9,008 bases of DNA from Octopus sinensis (taxonomy: Eukaryota), in the NCBI RefSeq assembly GCF_006345805.1, contig NW_021828258.1, forward strand, positions 1-9,008, read 5' to 3'. The notes beneath the pieces were generated by a model. It did not search any database. It was not told where the DNA came from and worked only from the letters and a program-made list of their open reading frames with translations. Position numbers and translations under genes: made by a program. Below, in pieces: positions 1 through 7,841 of the stretch; within the stretch, counting starts at the first letter, position 1, and each line of letters begins with the position of its first letter.

Positions 1-482
1 TAATGCTGGAGTTTGCCAGATTTAAAATAAAGACCACATTTTAAACAAATGGCAGAAATAACTTACCTTGAGTGTCCGAAGATGGTCACTTAGTTGTTCT
101 CCTTATTCACTAAATTAACATATAAATGGATGACTATTCTGTAGAAACCTGTAATAAAGTTTCGATCCTAACCATGACATTTGAATTCCAGAAATTATCC
201 TCTCGCCAGGTTACCAAAACCTTTGTGTCAACCAGCTTCCCTAAAAAAAGAGTGGCTGCTTCCTGAGATGAGTTAAAAGATATGACTTTTAGCTTTTATT
301 TGTTTCAGTCATAAGACTGTGGCCATACTGAAGCACCAGCTTGAGGAATTTTAAATTGAATGAATTGACCACCACCAAACCCCAGTACATTTTTTAAAGT
401 TTGCAATAACATCGAACTTGCGGTTTCAGAGATTACGAAGTGAACTTCTACAGTTCGAAGCATACTTGCGTTCACACATACA

Positions 483-530
483 TAGAAGGCATTTACCAAG
501 GTGCCACGCAGTGGGACTGAACCCGGAATC
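483..530 (-). mobile_element. Short fragment of tRNA-derived SINE head (B-box region)
   Basis: tagaaggcatttaccaaggtgccacgcagtgggactgaacccggaatc is the reverse complement of the head segment seen at ~625-675, ~6900-6950 and ~7385-7435 (GGTTCAGTCCCACTGCGTGGCACCTTGG). Confidence 0.85.
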
Positions 531-584
531 TAATTAGTATTGAGTATACTTTGTATATGAATTAACAATACATGTACACAATAC

Positions 585-1053
585 AGGCGTGGCTGCGTGG
601 TAAGAAGCTTGCTTCTCAACCTCGTAGTTGCAGGTTGAGTCCCACTGCATGGCACCTTGGGGAAGTGTCTTTTACTATAGCTTCGAGGCGACCAAAGGCT
701 TGTGAGTGGATTTGGTAGGCGGAAACTGAAAGAAGCCCATCGTGTGGGGTGGTGCGTCTGTGTGTGTGTGTCTGTGTGTGTCTGTGCGTATGTGTGTGTG
801 TGTCTCTGTGGTGTGTGCATGTGCGTGTGTCTCGGTGCGTGTGTGTCTCTGCGTGTGTGTGTCTGTCTCTGTGTGTGTGTGCGTGTGTGTTTGTGTGTGC
901 GTCTGTGCGCGTGTGTGTGTGTGTGTCTGTGCGTGTATGTTTCTGTGCGTGTGTGTGTGTTCTTGTGTATGTGCGTATTTGTGCGTGAGTTTGTTGTGCG
1001 TATGTATGTGTTTGTTTGTGTATGTGTGTTTGTGTGTGCGTGTGTTTGTGTGT
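585..1053 (+). mobile_element. tRNA-derived SINE copy A: head (585-742) plus expanded degenerate (TG)n; tail absent
   Basis: A-box-like TGGCTGCGTGG and B-box-like GGTTGAGTCCC, then GTGGATTTGGTAGGCGGAAACTGAAAGAAGCCCATCG. Aligns with the other copies in the window. Confidence 0.88.
743..1053. repeat. Degenerate (TG)n/(TGCG)/(TGTC) microsatellite
   Basis: ~310 bp of mostly alternating purine-pyrimidine sequence. Explains the C/V- and H/T-rich ORFs. Confidence 0.97.
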
Positions 1054-1113
1054 ATAACAAATTAATATACAGTTTTAATTTCAAACTTACACCTTCTGTT
1101 TTGAACATGATAA

Positions 1114-1178
1114 TTTATCAACATTGAAGCATTTTAGTTTGTCAACATTGAAACATTTTGATTTGTCAACATTGAAAC
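1114..1178. repeat. 24-bp minisatellite, ~2.7 copies
   Basis: tttatcaacattgaagcattttag (1114-1137), tttgtcaacattgaaacattttga (1138-1161), tttgtcaacattgaaac (1162-1178). Confidence 0.92.
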
Positions 1179-1362
1179 TTATAACGATGTTTTTCTAATT
1201 TTACACTTTTACCTGATAAACAAAAAAATATTGTTGAAACTAGTTTGGTATATATGTAATTAAATGTATTTTAAACATTTACGAGCTTTTGAAATTTAAG
1301 TGGATTTTCAACAACACATTTTCCTATATATATACATAAATTATTATATATATATATATAGA

Positions 1363-1622
1363 ACTTTTACCTTTTACATGTTTGACATTAGACTGCGGCC
1401 ATGCTGGGGTACCACTTTGGAAAGTTTTAGACGAATGTATCGACCCCGGTACTTATATTTTAAAGGAGTGGCTTTATGCTATCGGTGTCTTTTGCCGAAT
1501 TGCTATGTTACCAGCATGTGAATACACCAGCACCAGCTGTCAAGAGGTAGGGGAGGAGACATACACAAAGACACACTCACACACACACACACACACACAT
1601 TATATATATAAAGATATAATAT

Positions 1623-1672
<50 letters not shown>

Positions 1673-1870
1673 ATATATAATATATATATATATACATATG
1701 TATATACGAAGGGCTTCTTCTTTCAGTTTCGTCTACCAAATCCACTCGCAAGGCTTGGTCGGCTCGAGGCTATAGTAGAAGACACTTGCCCAAAGTATCA
1801 CGCATTGGACTGAACCGCGAACCATGCGAATGAGAAGCAAACATCTCACCACACAGCCACCCTGCGGCCT
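1363..1870 (-). mobile_element. tRNA-derived SINE copy B, full length: head 1870-1707, (TA)n(TG)n spacer, tail ~1570-1363
   Basis: The head is the reverse complement of the copy A head. The tail (cttgacagctggtgctggtg...ggcaaaagacaccgatag...ggggtcgat...ccagcatggccgcagtc) aligns to the tails at ~6035-6235 (-) and ~7455-7668 (+). Confidence 0.9.
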
Positions 1871-1873
1871 ATA

Positions 1874-1876
<3 letters not shown>

Positions 1877-1904
<28 letters not shown>

Positions 1905-1905
1905 A

Positions 1906-1960
<55 letters not shown>

Positions 1961-2130
1961 GTGTGTGTGTACGTATGTACATGTACATGTGTATATATAT
2001 ATATATGTGTGTCTCTGTGTGTGTTGATAGATAGATACATAAAGGTAAACAGTACAGAGATACACACCAAGACAGAAAGACAGACATACAGACAAACAGA
2101 CATACAAACAGTGAGACACACAGACAGACT
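1877..2130. repeat. Compound (TA)n/(TG)n microsatellite followed by degenerate (AGAC)n
   Basis: Read directly from the sequence. Confidence 0.93.
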
Positions 2131-2237
2131 TATATAAAGGCTGTGATGAAATGGAAATTCGAGGTCAGAATTGGCGATTTGAACTCACATAATTAACAAT
2201 GCAGACATTTTTAATGGACATGACTGGCAGCGTTGGA

Positions 2238-2290
2238 GGGGCAGTGGGTAGAGGGCGGAGGGGAGGGGGAGGAGGAGGAGGAGGAGGAGG
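2238..2290 (+). repeat. G-rich polypurine tract with a G-quadruplex motif and (GGA)n
   Basis: GGGG-cagt-GGG-taga-GGG-cgga-GGGG-a-GGGGG (2238-2269), followed by ~7 GGA units. Confidence 0.75.
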
Positions 2291-2502
2291 AAATGTAATG
2301 GGATGGAGCAAAGGAAGGAAAAGGAAGAATGAAGAGCTATGGTGGGGGGGGTCGGTTGGAGTGGTAGAGAATTGGGAAGGGGTGAGTAATGGTGGAGGGT
2401 CGAGGGTGGAGAGGCGCGAAAACTGCAGGAGAAATCTTTAGAAAACCTTTTAAGAATCGGAGGAAATTCTTTCGATTGAAAAGGAGAGAAATAGCAACAA
2501 CG

Positions 2503-2603
2503 GCATTAACAACAACAACAACAACAACAATAATAATAATAATAATGATAATAATAATAATAATAATAATAATAATAGTAATAATAATAATAATGTAATA
2601 ATA

Positions 2604-2643
<40 letters not shown>

Positions 2644-3036
2644 TAATATGATAATAGTAATAATAATATAATATAATAATAATAATAATAATATAATAAT
2701 AATAATAATAGTAATAAATAATAATATAATAATAATAATAATAATATATAATGATAATAGTAAAATAAAAATAATAATAATAATAATAATAGATAATAAT
2801 AATAATGATAATAATAATAATATAATAATATTAATAATAATATAATAATAGTAATAATAATAATAATAAAATTAATAATAATAATAATATAATAATAATA
2901 ATAATAATAATAATGATAATAGTAATAATAATAATAATAATAATAATTATATAAAATATAATAATAATAATAGTAATAATAATAATAATAATAATCATAA
3001 TAATAATAATAATAATATAAATGATAATAGTAATAA

Positions 3037-3084
<48 letters not shown>

Positions 3085-3086
3085 TA

Positions 3087-3117
<31 letters not shown>

Positions 3118-3222
3118 TATATAACAGCAGTGACAATGTAAATAACAACAATACCGAGGACGGTGAAGACAACGGAAGCAACAGCAGAAGCAACAACAAC
3201 AACTGCAGCAACAACAGCAACA
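2503..3222. repeat. Compound trinucleotide array (AAC)n-(AAT)n-(AAC/CAG)n
   Basis: ~600 bp interrupted (AAT)n core (~2529-3123) with AAC/CAG flanks. Explains the poly-Y/I/L ORFs. Confidence 0.98.
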
Positions 3223-3304
3223 ATGAGAGAAGCCAATGGCCAGTCTTTTATTGGAAAATGGAACTAAAGAAATATATTAGAATGGTTAGAATGGTGAGAA
3301 ATTC

Positions 3305-3597
3305 TGGTGGTGGTGGTGCTGCTGGTGCTGGTGGTGCTGGTGGTGGTGCTGGTGGTGCTGGTGGTGCTGGTGGTAGTGGTGGTGGTGGTGGTGGTTGTGC
3401 TGATCATGATGATGATGCTGGTGGCGGTGGCGGTGGTGGTGATAATGGTCGTGGTGGTAGTGGTGATTGTGGTGGTGATGGTGGTGGTGGTGGTGGTTGT
3501 AGTGATGGTGGTCGTGGTGATGGTAGTAGTAGTAGTGGTTGTAGTGTCTGTGGTGGTCGTGGTGATGATGGTGGTGGTGGGATTGGTAGTAGTAGTG

Positions 3598-3641
<44 letters not shown>

Positions 3642-3802
3642 TAGTGGTGGTGGTGGTGATGGTTGTGGTTCGGAGTGGTAGTTGTAGTAGTAGTGTTGTG
3701 GTGGGGATTGCGGTAGACGTGGTGGCTGCGGTATTAATTTTGGTACTGGCGTGGATTACAGTGGTTGCTCAAGTTGTTCTTGCTGTTGGTGTCGTTGTTG
3801 TT
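3305..3802. repeat. Compound trinucleotide array (GGT/GCT/GAT/AGT/GTT)n
   Basis: Read directly. Explains the poly-G/S and poly-V ORFs. Confidence 0.96.
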
Positions 3803-4022
3803 GCTATTAAGCCATAGGTTGACCTGATTCGAGCAGACTTGGAATCGAAGACATTCCAGCCGTGCCGTGACCAACACCATTAATTTCTAGATGCAGGATA
3901 CCCAGGAAACCATGATTACATAATCCACCACGCTCTTGTCTATGTTCATAGGCTATGATTGGGGGAATAATTTATCTGCTTTTTTTAGCAGGGCGAGAGG
4001 AGACGTAGCGAACTCATCGTTA
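3770..4022 (-). mobile_element. Diverged SINE/retroelement remnant with a (CAA)n-type tail on the minus strand
   Basis: Unique-looking block (cctgattcgagcagacttggaatcgaagacattccagccgtg ... tctgctttttttagcagggcgagaggagacgtag) resembling an octopus interspersed repeat I recall. It is preceded on the + strand by gttgttgttg. No second copy in the window. Confidence 0.5.
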
Positions 4023-4034
4023 TCTTGACTGTAA

Positions 4035-4295
4035 TGGTGGTGGTTGAGATGGTGGTAGTAGCAGTGGTTGTGGTGGTGGTAGTAATAGTAGTGGTTGTGG
4101 TGGTAGTAGTGATGGTGGTGATGGTGGTAGTTGTGTTGGTGGTAGTAGCGGTGGTTGCGGTGGTGGTAGTAGTAGTGGTGGTTATGGTGGTTGTGGTGGT
4201 AGTAGTAGTGGTGGTGGTGATGGTGGTAGTAGTAGTTGTTGTTGCTGTCGTGGTGGTGGTAGCGCGGGTTGCGGTGGTGGTGGTGGTGGTGGTAG
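4035..4295. repeat. Compound trinucleotide array (GGT/AGT/GTT/GAT)n
   Basis: Read directly. Explains the poly-V, poly-T and H/Y ORFs. Confidence 0.96.
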
Positions 4296-4752
4296 TCAAG
4301 ACTATTGAAAAGATTGCAAGATACAACGAAAATTTTAAGAAAATAAAAATAAGAAGTAAGTGGAAATTTTACCGGTGAGTGTGTTACATTATAAGGCACT
4401 AAAAGAGAATGACTCTCCCCAGACACAACAGAATTTGCTTCAACACACCAACTCAAATAAAGAATCTTGCAAACCAAATCCAAAACCGAGATAAAGATAT
4501 GTCATGCTGAATTTATACAGAGCGTAGTGTATTCGTTGAAGGTCCGTTCATAGCTGAACAATACTGTAGCATTTCACTTTTTTCTTGGACATGAACAATT
4601 GGACGCAGAAATGGCTTAGAAACCTTCGTTTATACCCTACCGAAATAGCAGTTTCCAGTTCCCTCACTATTGCTTGGGATATAACATTCCTACTACCAAC
4701 TCCCCATGAAATTGCTAGTTTTGTGGCGATATTCGAAACCATTATTATTAAG

Positions 4753-4852
4753 GAAGGTGGTGAGCTGGCAGAATCTGTAGAGCAACAGAAAAAAATGTTG
4801 CGCAGTATTTGTTTCGATTCTTTACATTCTGAATTCAAATACCCTCGAGGAA
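4753..4852 (+). mobile_element. Diverged head of a second tRNA-derived SINE family
   Basis: aaggtggtgagctggcagaatc (A-box-like TGGCAGAATC) and ttctgaattcaaatac (B-box-like). Resembles a recalled octopus SINE start, GGCGGCGAGCTGGCAGAATCGTTAG; not verifiable within the window. Confidence 0.5.
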
Positions 4853-5051
4853 AAGGTCTACTGTTGTGGCTTTCTCTCCCGGGTGATATATCTGGTCACG
4901 TGAAGGACAACATTGAATCTGTATAAGAGTCAAACACAAAACGAGAAGGACGACGTTTCAACTACAAAATTTTATCGATTGCCATGGTAGAATTCGATCT
5001 TACGACCTTCACCACCATATCACACAACTATAGTACAACAACTTGTACTCA

Positions 5052-5436
5052 ACACACCCATACACACACACACACGCACACAAACTCATACACACACACA
5101 CAAATGCACACATACATTACACACACAAACACACACATGCACACACACACAAACACACACATACATATATGCATACACACACATACACACTCAAGTGCAC
5201 ACACAGACACACACAAACACGCACACACATACATACATCCACACACACCCATACACACTGAAACGCACAAACTCATACATATACAAACACACACATACAT
5301 AAACACACAAGCACACACATGCATAGATGCACATACACATACACACAAACGCATACACACAAACGCATACACACAAACGCATACACACAAACGCATACAC
5401 ACAAACGCACATACATATACACACACACACACACAT
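5052..5436. repeat. Degenerate (CA)n array containing a 14-bp minisatellite (5341-5410)
   Basis: ACACACAAACGCAT x5 at 5341-5410 (last copy has 1 mismatch) inside a CA-rich tract. Confidence 0.95.
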
Positions 5437-5571
5437 ATAATAACTACGATATTATTTTGCTTTAGGTAACAAAATAAAATTGCAGGTGCCAATTATTTCT
5501 TACCATTAGCGTTATTGTTAACCTTTTATTCCAGATGTGGATGGGTGAATGTATGACAATATGTGTACATA

Positions 5572-5720
5572 CAGAAAGAAAGAGAGAGAGAGGAAGAGAG
5601 AAAAAGCGAGAGGTGGTGGTGGTGGCGGTGTCGGCGGCGGCTGCGCTGATGATAGTGGTGGCGGTGGCGGTGCAGGTGATGCTGCTATCCTGTAGTCATC
5701 ACCATCATCATCATCATCAT
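5572..5720. repeat. Compound (GA)n, (GGT/GGC)n and (CAT)n low-complexity tract
   Basis: Read directly. Confidence 0.85.
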
Positions 5721-6034
5721 GACACTTGAACATAATCAACGCCAACTGGCTTAAAGTTTTACTGCCATGGTGTACCGAGTGACCATCGTCGTCTATTGGA
5801 GATTTATAGAAATATCGGAAACAAGGGATTGTTGAAGATGCTACCATAGATATTTAGAGACAAATTTCCATTTCTCTGAAATATTTTATTTCCTAACGGA
5901 TTTGCAACACCATTAAAGATGAACATATAAAGAAAAAGCAACATTCAGTTATTCATCAAAGCTACAAAGCTTGCATTCGTGTGTTTTACACATATGATAT
6001 TTTTAAAAACATAAATATAAGGATAATTTTTATA

Positions 6035-6243
6035 ACTTTTACTCTTTTACTTGTTTCAGTCATTTGAAAGTGGCCCTGCTGGAGTACTGCCGTTAGTCGA
6101 GCAAATCTACCCCAGGACTTATCTGTGTATGCCTAATGCTTATTCTACCGACTTCTTTTGCCGAACCGCTAAGTTACGGGGATGTAACACACCAGCATCG
6201 GTTGTCAAGGGATGTTGGGGGGACAAATACAGACACACAAACG

Positions 6244-6283
<40 letters not shown>

Positions 6284-6291
6284 ATATATAT

Positions 6292-6325
<34 letters not shown>

Positions 6326-6488
6326 CGAAGGGATTCTTTCAGATTCCGTCTACTAAATCCACTCACAAGGCTTTGGTCGGCCGAGGCCTAAGTAGAAGAC
6401 ACTTGCCCAAGGTGTCACGCAGTGTGACTGAACTCAGAACCATGTGGTTGGTAAGCAAGCTACTTGCCACACAGCCACTCCTGCGCCT
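6035..6488 (-). mobile_element. tRNA-derived SINE copy C, full length: head 6488-6326, (TA)n(TG)n spacer, tail ~6235-6035
   Basis: The minus strand reads aggcgcaggagtggctgtgtggcaagtagcttgcttaccaaccacatggttctgagttcagtcacactgcgtgacaccttgggcaagtgtcttc..., then the microsatellite, then cttgacaaccgatgctggtg...aaatgactgaaacaagtaaaagagtaaaag. Aligns with copies A, B, D and E. Confidence 0.92.
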
Positions 6489-6854
6489 CTTATGTTAATA
6501 TATAAATATTTCGCATGTTCTTCGGATGGCAAGTGAAGAGATGAATATGAATGTTCAGTATCCAATGGAATTTCGATGACTAATCATATTCCGACTTGAT
6601 TATGAGAAGGGTGCAGCAGTTAATAATAGGCCCTACCACGTTTGTTTAGTCAGACATATGGAAATTTGCATGAGGTACATTCTAACAATTTCTTTTAACT
6701 ATACCGCTAGCATACAACAAATCATAGCACATAGACCCACCTAACCAATGGAGATCGGCTGTTTCTATAAGGACAATCCTACATGCCAGCTCAGTCGATT
6801 CTGTAAATGAGGTAGGGATGAAATCAGTAGATATGAACAGTATCACTACCATCA

Positions 6855-6995
6855 GGCGCAGGTGTAGCTGTGTACTTAAGAAGCTTGCTTCCTAACTATA
6901 TGGTTCCGGGTTCAGTCCCACTGCCCGGCACCTCGGGCAAGTGTCTTCTACCATAGCCTTATGAGTGGATTTGGAGACGGAATCTGAAAGAGGCC
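6855..6995 (+). mobile_element. tRNA-derived SINE copy D: head with internal deletion, followed by (TA)n
   Basis: aggcgcaggtgtagctgtg...ggttccgggttcagtcccactg...gagtggatttggagacggaatctgaaagaggcc. Confidence 0.88.
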
Positions 6996-7013
6996 TATAT
7001 ATATATATATATT

Positions 7014-7101
<88 letters not shown>

Positions 7102-7200
7102 TATATATATTATATATTATATATATATATATATATACATACATACATACATACATATATATATGCATGTATAATACACTATATATATATACATACATAT
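6996..7200. repeat. (TA)n/(TACA)n microsatellite
   Basis: Read directly. Confidence 0.97.
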
Positions 7201-7330
7201 AGGGAGAGTTTACGAAAAAAACAAAAGACGAAGACAGGTGGTGTACAAAACAAACAGATGTTTTAGTATTACGCTCAGGAATAGAAAAGTCTTTTACGTT
7301 TCGAGCCTACGCTCTTCTACAGAAAGGGAC
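7201..7330 (-). mobile_element. Probable Penelope-like element terminal (pseudo-LTR) fragment inserted in (TA)n
   Basis: Non-repetitive 130-bp block flanked on both sides by TA repeats. It carries a minimal hammerhead-like motif followed (minus strand) by a T-rich run. The PLE assignment is inferred from the known PLE-hammerhead association. Confidence 0.55.
7289..7330 (-). ncRNA. Minimal type-I hammerhead ribozyme-like motif with variant core
   Basis: The minus strand reads GUCCCUUU-CUGUAGA-A-GAGC-GUAG-GCUC-GAAA-CG-U-A-AAAGAC. Stem I is CUUU/AAAG, stem II is GAGC/GCUC, and stem III is the palindromic ACGU, giving a GUA cleavage triplet. Position 6 is U instead of A. Confidence 0.55.
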
Positions 7331-7342
7331 ACATATATATAT

Positions 7343-7668
7343 TGGCGCGTGCGTGACTGTGTGGTAAGAAGCTTGCTTCCCATATGGTTCCGAGTTCAGT
7401 CCCACTGCGTGGCACCTTGGGCAACTGCCTTCTACTATATGTATATATGTATGTATTTGTGTGTGTCCCCACTACCATCGCTTGACAACCGATGCTGGTG
7501 TTTTACGTCTCCGTAACTTAGCGGTTTGGCAAAACAGACCGATAGAATAAATACTAGGCTTACAAACAATAAGTCCTGGGGTCGATTTGTTCGACTAAAA
7601 TCCTCCAAGGTGGTACTCCAGCATGACCGTAGTCATATGACTGAAATAAGTAAAAGAGTTAAAGAGTA
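7343..7668 (+). mobile_element. tRNA-derived SINE copy E: head with ~65-bp internal deletion, short spacer, complete tail
   Basis: ggcgcgtgcgtgactgtgtggtaagaagcttgcttccc...gagttcagtcccactgcgtggcaccttggg; the tail cgcttgacaaccgatgctggtg...agtcatatgactgaaataagtaaaagagttaaagagt aligns to copies B and C. Confidence 0.92.
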
Positions 7669-7841
7669 GTATGAGAGCAAAGCCTTTCAAAAATAGATTT
7701 TACAAGCACACCGCTTCTTTCAGAAACATTGAGAAACAGAATGTAACAAAGGTAGCAATCTGTGTCTAGCCATTGAAAAAAGAAAACTGTAAATAACGAC
7801 ATAAGTCTGAGAACTGTTGAAAAGAGTAAGTAAATGGATTT

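Noticed and set aside
305-499. 64-aa minus-strand ORF as a CDS
   Set aside because: The start codon lies in a SINE fragment and no domain is recognisable.
585-680. tRNA gene
   Set aside because: It has A/B boxes but no convincing cloverleaf and continues into SINE body sequence present in multiple diverged copies.
1114-1178. CRISPR-like array
   Set aside because: The units are contiguous with no unique spacers, and the context is eukaryotic.
4296-4381. Possible exon ending at CCG|GTGAGT
   Set aside because: There is no credible acceptor upstream (it lies in a trinucleotide array); isolated donor-like sites are expected by chance.
4548-4926. Overlapping 96-aa (-) and 113-aa (+) ORFs
   Set aside because: Both run through a SINE-like head (4753-4852) and neither has a recognisable motif.
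4950-4960. GAAACGUC (minus strand) as a second hammerhead
   Set aside because: There is no CUGANGA-like half-core or stem II upstream.
530-5729. Long ORFs rich in C/V, H/T, Y/I, poly-V, poly-G/S
   Set aside because: They are translations of di- and trinucleotide repeats that lack stops in some frames. They overlap on both strands and show no domain or splice support.
6664-6671. Octamer motif ATTTGCAT
   Set aside because: About one match is expected by chance in 9 kb of AT-rich DNA, and there is no snRNA gene or other promoter context.
7724-7825. Candidate exon between ctttcAG| and |GTAAGT
   Set aside because: All three frames contain stops.
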